From positions 372,001 to 436,000 of the forward strand of contig CBFFRP010000150.1 in assembly GCA_965644295.1 (NCBI GenBank): a DNA stretch of 64,000 nt, written 5' to 3'. This stretch comes from Paraphysomonas bandaiensis. Taxonomy: Eukaryota; Protista; Chrysophyceae. Made by a program: the position numbers and the translations under genes. The notes under the pieces were generated by a model. That model did not search any database. It was not told where the DNA came from and saw only the letters and a list, made by a program, of their open reading frames with translations. Shown piece after piece: positions 38,740 to 51,818 of this stretch; the stretch's first letter is position 1, and the number at the start of each line of letters is the position of its first letter.

Positions 38740-39805
38740 CATAGGTAAAAGTGCGCGGTCGCAGCACTCAGCAGCACCCACTAGAGGGCCGCACGCAGTG
38801 ATTAGTTACGCTGTCAGTATGGGGCACCCCCCACCCCTATATACATGCAATATGCATATTCCAAAACACACAAAACAAGCAACGCATTATATGCTGTATT
38901 AGTTATAGGGAACAAAACACATTCACTTATGTTTTTTTACCTTTGTGAACACCAAGTCCATCACTTAAGTTTTTTTCTATATTTATGAACACCAAGTCCA
39001 TTCAAATTCTTTGCGACACACTCGCATGTTGTACACACATATGAACGGCCACGGGAAATTGGTCTCATCTTCCCCTCCACTCCCTTCTTTCGCTCATCTG
39101 TATCGTACACATGTACATGTACCCACGTATCCTATATAAAAATATGAATTTCATTTTATTTAATTGAACACACAACATTTCGACCTCCACTACCGTTTCT
39201 TACGAAGGTGTCGTCCAGCAGCAATGAAAAACAAAAGTGTCCGCATTGTCAAAATATGATTAAAGACGTTCAAGGTCACATTACGCGGAAGCACCCGCAA
39301 CGGTCAATTCTACTGGGTTGTCATCAAATAGTAGGATCACATCAAATCCATGGCAACTAGGTCACTTGTCACCCCCTCGTACGGAAACAGGTAGTGATGA
39401 CAACATATGGTCGCCTCATAACCCATTAGGGTTAACTATGCCGGAAAATGTTCCATCAATTTACACAGGCCAAGGAAAAATAAAAATGTTTGAGGGAAGC
39501 GATCGTTCGTTATTGAGGGGTATCATTAATTCGAGTTTGAGCGACCAAGTAAAATCGTCGTCAAACGAATATGTACGAAGAGAGACAGTTACACATCTTG
39601 CACAGCAACTGTACGATAACCAATACGCGGATTATGAAAATCCCGACATCGGTCGTGTAAATATATCGTACAAGATGGATTTGGTCAAATCAATGAAATT
39701 GGTAGGGTGTTAGGTTAGGGTTATTGGTCATAGGTAAAAGTGCGCGGTCGCAGCACCCACTAGAGGGCCGCATGCAGTGATTAGTTACGCTGTCAGTATG
39801 GGGCA
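38740..39805 (+). mobile_element. unclassified element bounded by about 80-bp direct repeats
   Basis: CATAGGTAAAAGTGCGCGGTCGCAGCAC...CCACTAGAGGGCCGCA.GCAGTGATTAGTTACGCTGTCAGTATGGGGCA at 38740-38826 and 39729-39805. Confidence 0.6.
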
Positions 39806-40223
39806 GTATATGCCTAAAACGTACTCACTACATCAGCGCCACAAAGTAAGAGTTGCAGCTACACGCTACACATCCTCACTAGTCGGAAGTAATAAATGCT
39901 TCTCCTCTGTCGAGTGAAGTGGTCACTTTCGACGGTGCATAGTGCATGATATAATCAACGTGTGTAGTGTAAATACATTCTGTAAATGTGGAATTGTGAT
40001 AGAAGTAATGTTGACTATATATGATATTTCTCGTAAGAAGTAATGTGTCAGCTGCATAAGTTCCAGCGTTTCTATGAAGTGCACCTAATTGTAATTCGAA
40101 CGTTGATTATATATACTACACTCGCAGCAGTGGTTAAATAAAAGCAAAAGAGATACTGTAACTATATAGCCCCCTGGCTAATACACATAGCATGCAGTGA
40201 GAATATCGAGAGCCGGGCTATTC

Positions 40224-41226
40224 TCACTTTTCAAAATCCTTCGACGACTTGTAGGGAACCTTTACGCCCATACTGCGCCCTGCAGCTGACATCTGCGAAA
40301 AAAATTTATGACTACAATTGCGTAAAAATGAAAGATTTACCTGGTTCCATGATGCGAGAAGTCTCTTCTGTATTTTCGTTTCCTGATCCAGTCCTGCACT
40401 CTCTGGACTCACCCACGTGCTCTGGAATAGCTTTTTTGCTCCTGCAACTGCATCTGGAGACCTTGCAGCTATCTCTCTGGCAAGTTCGAGAGAACTCTGA
40501 AAAGGGTCTTTGGAACACCTTACAAACAATTATAACTCATCCAATACAGTCAGAACAAACACACCTTGTAACAAATCCATATCCACAGCCCTCCTCTGCT
40601 GTGAAGATTCTTGCGGTCATCGTCAACTCTTTCACAACATCCATGCGAACATGTTCACGAAAAGTTACACTGGCAGACATGTCCGGAATTAAACCCCATT
40701 TGCCCTCCATAATGCTAAGCTGACAGTCCGGAGTAGAGATCCGGAAATCAGCGCCCATCGCTATCTGTAGCCCTCCACCAAAACACATGCCGTGCAAAGA
40801 AGCTATAACTGGAATCGGCAGTTGACGCCATAAATAAGCAACATCCTGGGCCAAATTTGAATATTCCGTTCCAGCTGGTTTGTCTAAGAGCATAGAGAAG
40901 TTCATTGGATTGGAGCCCACACTCTTAACGTCTAGACCAGTACAGAAAGCTTTACCACTACCAGATAATATAATAGCCCGAGCAGACTTCTTTGCCTTAA
41001 GTGATGTAGCAGTGCGGGCAATACTCTCAAACATCTCAACATTTAATGCGTTCATTTTATCTGGACGATTAAGAAGTACATGAAAGATACCTTTCTCAAT
41101 TTCGTTTATAAGGACAGGCGTGGCATTGTTAACAGCATTGTTGGAGGCTGCTGTTGATGTAGCAGTAGAGGAGAAGCGATATCCTATGAGGCTTATGCGT
41201 GGAAGAAGGGATCGAGAAAACATCAT
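40224..41226 (-). CDS. enoyl-CoA hydratase/isomerase (crotonase), mitochondrial presequence, 3 exons
   Basis: LNRPDKMNAL, SGSGKAFCTGLD, CFGGGLQIAMGADFR and EGKWGLIPDM. Confidence 0.95.
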
Positions 41227-41596
41227 CTATATCAGTTGTTATCTCGTGCAATGGTATGGTTTAATACATTATTTCGAGAAGAGGAAGGCCAGGAGACATA
41301 TGTACATATGTATTGTATGTCATAGCGTGGGCTTTGTATAATATGCACATACTGCTGTGTATGTAGATATTGTATACAGGAGACACAAAATGGTCATTTT
41401 CAGTTCCTAAAGTAAAAAAAAGCGGAGAATTTTACCTGATATTCAGCTGACAGGAAATACTGGAGCAGAGTACTTGTGTGTATAGAGCGACCTGCCTTAT
41501 GTATGATGGAGTGTGTACACTGTACACGTATGTATGTATCGTGTACTTATGTCTTAATAGAGTGAGCGCACATTATAATAGTGATATTAGTAAAAC

Positions 41597-42809
41597 ATGC
41601 CACTAATAGTTCTATCGGGATATCCATGCACTGGTAAGACTACCTTTGCCAGTCAGCTATCAGAGTCTCTGAGGGCGTCAGGAGCAGGCAGTAATATAGT
41701 GGTTATTAACGAGGAGTCTCTTCATATGAATAAGAGCGAATATTTTAAAGATGCTCTTCATGAGAAGATACTCAGGTATGACTATGTGATCTGTATTTTG
41801 ATTTAGGAGACTGATAATGTTATTGTAAAGACAAAACATTAAGAGCTCTGTCGATCATGCTCTCAATGCAGACACATACGTTATTATCGACTCACTCAAC
41901 TACATTAAAGGGTTTAGATATGAATTGTTTTGTATTGCTCGTTCTCAAAGAACGCCACATTGTGTGGTGCTTGTGGAGTGTGACTACAGTACCTCTGTGA
42001 AGTGGAATGAAGAGAGAGCTGAGCTGGGATATGATAGTGCACTGTAAGTGTGTAAAATATATTAATTAGATCTGACACGATGAAACAGTATGCAGGACTT
42101 GCGGCGCCGTTTTGAACGACCAAATAGTGCCAACAGATGGGACAAGCCTCTCTTTGTTGTCAATACCACCCCAACATCTGGATCGGAGTCAACCGACACC
42201 TGTAAGGATGATAGAAAGGGCACACAGGAACAGGAAACTGAAAAGATAACGCAGCAGGAGGAAGGCAGTAGTGATGTAGGTGCAACTGTGTTTTCTTCTT
42301 CGTGGACTTCGAGCAAGTCCAGGGCACAAAGAAGCTTTACGCCTTCCGTATCTGGTGCGTCCCGTGCTGCCTCGTCCACGTCAACATCTGGGGTATTCTT
42401 CTCTGGGTCAATGGTGTCGGATCAGGGTGCAGCCGGCTCTGTGGAGGGAGGTAATCCAGCTGAAGTCATAGAGCAGATTATTCAATACTTCAAGACGGCA
42501 GAGGTTCCTGCGCCCAATGCCGCTACAGTGCAGGTAAAACACGCTGGCGCTGAGCTTCTGTATCAGTTGGATCGCGTTAGTCAAACAGTAACTCAGCTCA
42601 TTGTCACACACCAACAGAAACATAGTGACGGTACACCGCTAGTTCTTAAGGATTTTAACTCTCAAACCCTTACATTGCCACGTCATGTTGGTGTTGCTGA
42701 GCTGCAGAGATTGAGACGTCAATTCGTAAAAGTGAATTCGCAACACCCGCCTGAAAACTCTGTTGATGTTGGTGAGAAATTTGTTGAGTTTTTAATTAAT
42801 CAGTTGTAG
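41597..42809 (+). CDS. KTI12: KTI12 Elongator-associated P-loop protein, 3 exons
   Basis: MPLIVLSGYPCTGKTT, IIDSLNYIKGFRYELFCIAR, RFERPNSANRWDKPLF and ELQRLRRQF. Confidence 0.95.
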
Positions 42810-43465
42810 ACTTATTTTTTGTCCGTTTATTCTTTGTATGGCCGAAATGCACTAACCAGGAATATGTAATATGTAGTGCACTTCATGGAGCTTAATCGCG
42901 TCATGTTTTTATAATAGTCAGTATGTCAGTATATTTTATACGAATGACGAGTTTCTTACGCTTATTAGCAAATACTTCAGATGAAATGTATTGTTCATTG
43001 TTCAAAACAATTGCATTCTCCACGGGAACAGAATAATCAATCCAATGGATTTTCGGTATTTGCTAATATGCTTGGCTGATGAAAGATGAAATTGCTTGTA
43101 AAACCTGTTGAGAGGTTCTCGTAGTGACTAAAGTCACGTGGCTCAACACACACACCAACAGTACTAACTACTACTGTAACTACGGTATACTTTAGTTCAC
43201 GATCGATTCTACTCTAGCTACATAACTTATATTACGGGAGATTAAAGTGGAGCAGGCGAGCAAACTTGCTGTAAGATGTTTCCTGTAATTACAGGAAACC
43301 ATCCACTGGTCATATGTAATATGTAAGACAACATTTTTCAGTTGTAATACGACTACAATTAACATCATTGGCGTGGTCCATATGACCATACCTTCCTCAA
43401 TTTCAACATATAAACACTATATCCAATTTCAACTGCTACATGCATAAGAACAAACACGTATAAGT

Positions 43466-44515
43466 TTAATCAAATATTTCACTTGACTCATCTTCATCAC
43501 AATCTGAATCATCTTCTAATGGATATTTCCCAATTCTCACACCAGCATTAAGAGCCGCATTCAAATAGTAGTCACGCTCCTTTTCTAGCTTATTGTAGCA
43601 AACATTCAGGGTATTGTTCTCATCCCACAGGCATTCATATTTTGTGTGCAATTCTTCATATGCCTAAGTACTCCTCAGTTACACAACAAAATACAGACGT
43701 AAAGGACAGAGATAAAGTACCTGTTCCAGCTCAACGAATGCTTGCGTATAACTCTCATCGCCAATAGCAACTTCGTTATATTGACTTTGCATTTGAGAAA
43801 CTTTTGCTTTCTCAGCCCGTAGTTCTGTCTGAACTAGTTGTATCTTTGATTTCATCGAAGTAATATTTCCTTGCAATTTAGTGTTTTCTTCCAGTAGCCG
43901 CTTCTCAGTAGCCTGCGTATAACATTATAGAAATCGCAGTTTATACCAGAAGTGGTAACCTCATTGTCTTGAATTATACGATTCTTCTCTTCCAGCTCTT
44001 TTCGTAAATCTTCTATTGTAAACTTTAAAAAGCTTTGCTCACTGGCACTATATCCACGCATTAGATTACTGATGGAATATGAGCTGCTCTTACCTTGTGG
44101 TGCGCATTGACTCTGTGAACTTCTTCGACTTCTCCGAAGAGGTTTTGACCTTTTTAATGGTCCTCTTATTGCTTTCAATTACTCGCGATTGCAAGAATGT
44201 AGTTGACTTCTCTGCTGTTAATTCTTTTTGCAATTGCAAATTTTCTTTCGTGAGTGTCTTCACAGCTCTCTCCAGAGAGGAGTTCTTTGACGTCACCTCC
44301 TTAAGAGATTCATTTGATCGACGAACAGCAAAATTTAAACGAGATAAACATGCTTTTAATTTCTCATTCTCCATTTTCATATCTTGTATATCTTGTCTAA
44401 GTGTCCAACATTCTACAGCCAATTCACATGAACGGTCTGATACTAGAGGCTGAGCAACCTCTCCGATATACGCAAAATGTGAATTAGGATGAGATACTGC
44501 ATCTGGTAAAGCCAT
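43466..44515 (-). CDS. uncharacterised coiled-coil protein, multi-exon
   Basis: Consecutive E/K/L-rich minus-strand ORF pieces separated by GT-AG introns. No family motif recognised. Confidence 0.7.
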
Positions 44516-44718
44516 TAGAGTCTTATCACAAAGAATTATTTATATCATTAAGTGTCCTGTGATTGTTTTGTGGAAAGGATTGGTAACAATATCCTCACAC
44601 ACTGATGCGGATAGAGGTGCGTGTCATATATGTACTTCCATGCATCATATATACGTTATGAATGCTGCTATACTTTTGTGTATGCAGCATATACAGATTG
44701 AATACGTGTATTTTACCG

Positions 44719-44770
44719 TATGTATGTATGTATGTATGTACGTATGTATGTATGTACGTATGTATGTATG

Positions 44771-44804
<34 letters not shown>

Positions 44805-44886
44805 TGTATGTATGTATGTATGTATGTATGTATGTATGTATGTATGTATGTATGTACGTATGTATGTATGTACGTATGTATGTATG

Positions 44887-44920
<34 letters not shown>

Positions 44921-45020
44921 TGTATGTATGTATGTATGTATGTATGTATGTATGTATGTATGTATGTATGTATGTATGTATGTATGTATGTATGAATGTA
45001 TGTATGTATGTATGTATGTA
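44719..45020. repeat. (TATG)n microsatellite with TACG/TATA variants, about 300 bp
   Basis: Directly visible. Confidence 0.99.
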
Positions 45021-45111
45021 CGAAGGAAGGTGTATTTCTGCAGAGTGGGTATGTATGTGAATCTCTTTAACTTAAATCACCTCGAACTCGATCATCACAT
45101 CCAATAATCCA

Positions 45112-48100
45112 ATGGAGGGTAATAAAGATCCACCAGAGGATATTGTTGCAGGTGTAGAGGAGAATGTTAACAGTCGTTTCGTGGATTACACTAAAGCCAC
45201 CCCATGGGAACACCTCGTATCAGAGATGGAGCGATTCATTAAACTATCCTTACAAGCCACTACATCTGACACCTCACATGATATAGAATACTTAGATTCT
45301 CATTATATTATTAAATATGTCAACCTGACACAAGACAGACATGAGTCTAGGTTCATGAGTGACCTGGACGTGTCCCTGTGGTTTGATACATTCAGATATT
45401 TTATATTTTCACGTTCATCGGGTCGTATACTTAGTACATCAGAGAGTCGTACCCTTTTTTCTGCGTTGATATCTGCATTGGATAGTTGTAGGTGCTCGTT
45501 ACCGGTGTTCATATCATCAGAGCCCTTGGATAATGTACATCATGCACGAGAAGTATTGGGATATCAGGTTGTTGCTCCACGATTATCGGAACATAGTGGA
45601 GGGCCGTATGAAGGCGTAGGACATGCTGTAGTTCATTTTGAGTCTGTAATTCTTGATGGAGTGAGTCGGAAACATTCCTTTTATTATTTGGATGGGTTAT
45701 CAAAGTTATTCGGCGCTAAACTATGGAAGTTTTCAAGCGGAAACATTTCACTCTCAGAAGAGGCCGTTGTAATGTCCGCGTGGGAGCACTACGATTACCT
45801 TCCCTCCAAATCCTCGACTGATGTGCCCTCATCTCACTCTCTCACACATGCTGTCAGTGCGGTGTCCCACTCACAGGATACTTTCTTGCATCAGCTCAGA
45901 ACAACTGTTGCAGAACAGCGTGCAGCCCAGTCTGAGCTTCCTGCAGTGGTTCAGAGCACCCTTGATGACCTTCTGGCCGGATTCCCTGACGGAGTGGGCT
46001 CTTTTACCCCTTTTGATGTACCATTGGAAAAATTGACTATTCAGCTGCGATTTTCAGAAATGGAACAATCTGCTGTAGTCGACAACGACTATTATACTAC
46101 TCTTTTGCCATCGAAGCTGTCACACGATTGTTGGTCGGCGAGTGCTGTGTTTTCAGATCGGTATCTATCTCCATCTGTTCCTAATACTGCAGACTTGTTA
46201 GCAGCTCCAGCTGTAGCGCCCACTTATTCGTCAGCTCTTAGACGACTTCTTGCTTTGTATGTGTGTGGTAAGTCCTGCAAGCCGGGATACTCGTTTCGTA
46301 GTCTCTCGGGGAAGGATGGTTCGGTGTCCGTTCTTAATAGCGACAAAGCGATAAATATATCATCAATTCTGTCCACAGATACTCGTCGCGCCGTCGTTGG
46401 ACTGTGTAGCTCAATGACCCCGTCCACAGATGATACCAACCTGCCTGGTGTGTCCCTTCCTCAAGACCTTTTGATGCGTGTGTTCTCGCGGTCACTGTAC
46501 GTAGACCCCGTTGACGCAGGGGATGTCATTGTGGAGAACCACTTCAGCACTGAAGTGGGAGGAAGTTCGGCCGAACAGTGTTCCCAAGGGAAAAGTGATG
46601 AACAAGGTTCGGACGATGATGATGTAAAATACTTTGACTGTGAATCTCCATCAAGTCGTCTGGGTACTGATCGCCCTAGTAGAAGATTGAGTGGTGGTAG
46701 CTTTGGTGCTGGTTTACCGATGCCGTGGAATTGGCTTAGTGATAGTGGTATAGTAGCATCGCCCGTGGGCAGTTGGCTGAGTCTTGTGTCCGTATATGCC
46801 TCTGGCCTTACAGATATAAAGTCTATGGTCGGCTTTTGGATGGAATGCATGGACGAGGTTCGAATACATTGGGAAAGTCGTGTTCCGATTCCGAGACTCT
46901 ACCCTCCTGTGCCAATTCATTCCAATGCAATGGAGGTTGGTAGAGTTCATTCTCAAAATTTCTCGAGAAGGCATAGTAAAGGTGAAGGAATGGACGCGTT
47001 TAACGACATTGAGACTTCTCTTGGAATGGGTGGAATTTGGCAAAGCCCTCTCTGGCAGGATGTTATAGACAAATATAAGTCTACTGCCACTCCATTCATG
47101 TTGCCTGACGTGTCGCAGTCTTTGCCGTATCAAAAGTTACAGGTTTGTGCGTGTTTTTTATTATGTCATCAACGAGTGAAATTGTGATCGCTTATATGCA
47201 GATGATAAATATGTGCATTATATGCTCCGAAGAATCAGCAGTGGTGGGACCGGATACTGTTGACAGAGTTGTCTCAAGAGTTCGCGCTGCGAAGGAAACT
47301 TCCGTAAATCGCCACAAAACAGGTACTTGTACTGTGTATGAGCAGATGACATGAAACTGACTTGAGGACGGTAGAATCTGTGGCTGGAAGTGAGGAAAGT
47401 GGTCGAGATCTACGCCAAGAAATTGAATCAGAGTATTTGAGTGCGGAAGTGGAAAGCAACTTATCTTGTATACACCCGCCAAGGTATACTCATATTTAAT
47501 ATATATCGTATTGTAATTCTAACTGTGCATAGCCTGCAGCGGCGCCTACCGATGACCACCGATGCAGTAGCGCAGCACGAACGTCTGTCTAAAAAGATCA
47601 ACGACGGCCAAAGCCGGTATGTATGCAGTTATATTTAAACGTATATATAAACTACTTATCCTGCAGATCAATTAATGACAATCCATTGTTGCGCTGGCAG
47701 GTAATTTTCCGTATGTTAAACATTCTTTTTGATTCATTGTGTTAATTTAGATCAGTATGCCGGCATTACTCTCTGATATCCGGTCATTCAAGTCCCACAA
47801 CCCCGGTACTGCTGCTGTTGTGCACTTAATATGGTGACGTAGTGTCTTAGATTCCAGCTTACGTGACTTCTTGGAGTGGTATGGAGGAGTAGACGAGCAA
47901 ATTGATTCGATGTCGATGCAGGTATTGTATGATTGTTCGTATGATTCGGTTCGCTGATCATTTGTGGACAGGAATTGTGGGAGGGGTGTGTAGCAACATG
48001 TGCGAATGAACAGAAGCCACTATTTAGGGCTGAACAGGAAGCTGAGAAAGCTCTCGGATATCTCGAGGGTCTCTCGCTTGCACAATTGGCTGCAGTCCTC

Positions 48101-48952
48101 TTAAGCTCGGGTTGGTTGCATTGTATCTGTTGTGTTAATAGCATTTTTATCGATTTTCTGTAGCCATGACTTCGTTCCACATGATGATGTCGTGTGATAT
48201 AAAACTGCGGAGCATGCGATCGATTATACCAGAGGAGTACGACGAAGCGGAAGATTTGCAAAGTGACTTGGATAATATTGAAAAATTGGTCTGTATTTCT
48301 GTTGTGGTTGTATGTGATTTAATGTATGCTATAGATTAAGCACGCTGTCGGTTTGCTTGAAATGGATACTCCTCTGATGGGCACCTGTAACAGTGCCGAA
48401 GCTTCTATCAGCCAGGTCTGCTGTTCTTATTGCCAATAGATGTGTATTTCTAATTTGCTATATAGAGTGCATTGATAGCGGTTGATGAGGTTTGCAACGC
48501 TATATATGCATTGGAGGTGTTGCAAATGAAAATGATCAGTTGTAGGGAGTCTCTTGATTTCAATGTGAGTAAAATTTTATCTCTCTGCAGTTGTCTCTTG
48601 ATTGTTATGAAATTAGGGTCGATTGACGTCTGCATTGAGTCGTGAAGGATCTGTAGTTGCTCAGAGTGTGGATGAGGCTCGCACTCTATTTTCTTTAGCT
48701 AAATGCGCTTCATTTGGAGGAGATAGTCATACATGGCACAGTTTTGATGGGCGAGAGCTGGGCCCCCCTTCGAAAAAGATTTTCGATCTGAAATGCAATG
48801 CTGAGTGCAATGTAATGAATGCCCTTCCACTACATCCTGATACAAAGTTTAGTTCGCCCGGTACTTCATGTGAACATCATATGCGAGCAGTTTTGGAAAA
48901 TGGTAAACTGCGTGTTGCGTTCAAATTATTTGAAATGGATAGTGTGATGTAG
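45112..48952 (+). CDS. RAB3GAP1: Rab3 GTPase-activating protein catalytic subunit-like, multi-exon
   Basis: N-terminal FVDYTKATPWEHLVSEME, SPVGSWLS, FWMECMDEVRIHWE, QKLQ/MINMCI, LLSDIRSFKSHNPG...LRDFLEWY and QKPLFRAEQEAEKALGYLE. Confidence 0.85.
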
Positions 48953-49454
48953 AATAGTTATGTATTAGTTTGTACGAAGATTATAGTTATATATAATATA
49001 TATATTTTCATTATTTTTCGGTGAACTGAATAGTTGAATTATTACTCAATTATACTGATGAGGTTGTCACCCCAGAGGAAATTTATTAAGCTACGAATAT
49101 ATATATATTGGTCGGGACTCGTCTTTGTTGTGTATATCCTTAGAATGCATTATTGTATCCTGTAATATTGTTTGCTGCTCTATCATCGCTGCCGTGAGTC
49201 CCATATCGCTCCAAATTAGCCGCTAGATTTTAATAATAAAATATAAGAAAGGAACTTGGAATATCTGACGATATCTCTAGTGTTCTGTTTGACCAACTTC
49301 TCTTCCTCAGACACCTGGTGACTAGAGGAACACATGAGTATTGCATCATCAGTATCTTATAATATGTTGAATGTTGAATGCCCAGTAATGATATTTTGTA
49401 TGGTATGGAGAAGTATATTGAACAGTCATAATGTTTCAGCTATGATGTATAAAA

Positions 49455-49880
49455 CGAACTCTCTCAACAAAGTCGGGTTTTCACCTATTCGTGGTGTTCT
49501 GGGGGATAAGTACCAGAGGTATTTCTCCGGTAAACTTATATATAAGCCGCATAATATATAGTCAACAAATAACATTCTGTCCACTAATGTTATTATTATT
49601 AGCAATAGCCTAATGCTAGTGTGGTACAAGGGTCACTAATATAAGTAACACTTGTGTAAACGTTTTTGGGCCTCTAGACAAATAAACAGACATACAGGAA
49701 TGGGCCCACCTCAAGGGCATACGGGGTATTGGGCTGCCTACTGAAGTCAAACATTCGAGTAGCACATTGGTGCTTGTTGCTTGCTGTGACGCACAAGCTG
49801 CTTTCGTAGCACTAAATAGTATAATATCAGAGTTAAGCGCTGACTCTTAAACATTTATTTCTTATAAAAAGACATTCACT
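49455..49880 (-). repeat. dispersed repeat family A copy
   Basis: CTCAACAAAGTCGG, ATAGCCTAATGCTAGTGTGGTACAAGGG and GGGGTATTGGGCTGCC match the other copies. Confidence 0.8.
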
Positions 49881-50287
49881 AATTTAAAACGGAGTGCAAA
49901 TCCTTAAAGATAGCCCACCAGACAGCAAGATTTCATACCGTTTTCAAAGTGAACTCAAATATATACATGGCGATTGTGTTAAGAGAATGAAAGTACTTGA
50001 ACGGTAAAACCTTACCCATACTATTGGATCTCATTTTTTTACTTCTTACCTTTAATGCTGCATGGGTTGTACTTCAACTGCTGTCTGACTTTATTGTTCT
50101 GTATTGCGTAGCTATATGCGAGTACAATTTATGACTAGGTTTATAACTAAAATTGGATAGGTTGAATCATTTATTACTTTGACTAGACATTTACACAAGA
50201 ATTAGTGTGACTTGGTTGAGAAACATTTTCCAACATATACACAACATAATATAGAACGACAAAAATGAAACATACGACCGGAGGAAT

Positions 50288-51359
50288 CTAGAAATGCGCC
50301 AGCTCTCTTTCAATGTAGATTTGTGAGCATGTTTATTTCATTCCGTCTAAACAAAACAAAATATTGACAGAAATAATACAAAAAATTAACCACTTAGAGT
50401 ATTATCAGACATCACTTTTCTAATTGACTCAGCGAACGCTCTTTCGAGTTTCTCGTACCTAACTTCTGCTACTTTTAACTCGTTTCGTGCTAGCGTGAGA
50501 CGCCGATTAACATCAGCGTTATCTTTACGAAGAACCTACGAAGAAATGAAATGACAGTAGAAAAGGAGGTGTTAAATTATACCTCGATGTCCTTCTTTTG
50601 TTTTGCTATATACTGGAGAACCTCTGCACTTTCAGAACTCCTATCTTCAGCATCTGTTGTGGCTTGTACAAGTTTCTTCTGTAGCAAACGCTGAGAATCT
50701 AAAAGTTCTTCATTCTTCGCCACCAATGAAAGCTCATTTTCTTTCATAATTCTGCATTCCTCCTTAGCGGATTCTGCTTCTTCTAGTGCTTCCTGTGGAT
50801 ACGGAGATAAGCCTCAATATAACACAAATAGCATAACACCAACTTGAAGTCTGATAGACACGTTCATCTTTTCCATTCGTAGTTTTTCTATTTCATTTGT
50901 GTAATTCTGCGACTGTACTTGTAGCTCTCTCTCGAGCATCAATACATTCTCTTCTAATGCTCCAATTGTGTTCTGAAGACATGCTACAGTGGTCTCAAGA
51001 TCTTTACGAATCTTCTGAGAACATTCCATTTCATGAGAGAGTCGTTTCTCAGTGATCTCAATGGTCTCATCCTTCTCTTTGCATTCTCTCTGTAACTCTT
51101 TTAACTGAGCCGTGTCCTGTGCTGCATTCTCAGTATTCCCCTCTGCTTCTTGTAGCATAGTGCGAAGTTGATCTTCAATGAGTTCTTTAGCAGCTATAGT
51201 TTTCTGTAGAGATGCTATCGAGAGGGCGCTGTGATGAACCTCCTCTTCAAGGGATCGTATATGTTTCTGTAGCTGTTTGTTTTCTAATCGACTAATCGTT
51301 AAAGCCTTATACAGATCCTCTGGAGGGTCTTGTGTGGGACTTGTCGTGGGTGTGTACAT
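50288..51359 (-). CDS. uncharacterised coiled-coil protein, 4 exons
   Basis: MYTPTTSPTQDPPEDLYKAL... followed by heptad-rich sequence. Downstream exons are joined by GT-AG introns. Confidence 0.7.
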
Positions 51360-51818
51360 GGTTATTGGAGAGATGGATATGACGGTAGAGTGGTATGGAG
51401 ATCTGCAGGCAGACAGCACACTCCACTGTATGCATCCACTACTCGAATATTTACATGCATCTCCTCTACGCTCATGTACAGCAGTAGAGTATACGATCGT
51501 AGTATACCCGGGTACTGCTGTATAGGCACAGTACACTGCTGTACTCTATACACATATCCATATGTATGTATATGTATGTATGTACTTCGTACTGCTGTAC
51601 CGACATATGATACATAGGTATGATATACGTAGGTACATCTATATATAGATAACAGCAGGGCATGATATTAATGAGGGTTATGTGCTAGTTCGAGGTGTTG
51701 ATAAGCATCTATCAAGCAGGGTCATGATGTGTATCAATGACCAAACTATTCTCTTAATTCATAGTGCGTTCATATGACTGTATTGTTGTATTGATAGCGG
51801 GTACATACAGTAGCAGAT

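Noticed and set aside
39703-39723. Telomere
   Set aside because: Only 2-3 imperfect TTAGGG-like units at an internal position.
44559-45107. MYVC-repeat ORFs
   Set aside because: Same microsatellite artefact.
50814-51536. ORF-track start at 51536 for the coiled-coil gene
   Set aside because: The N-terminal part is low-complexity promoter-type DNA. The Met at 51359 is the more plausible start.
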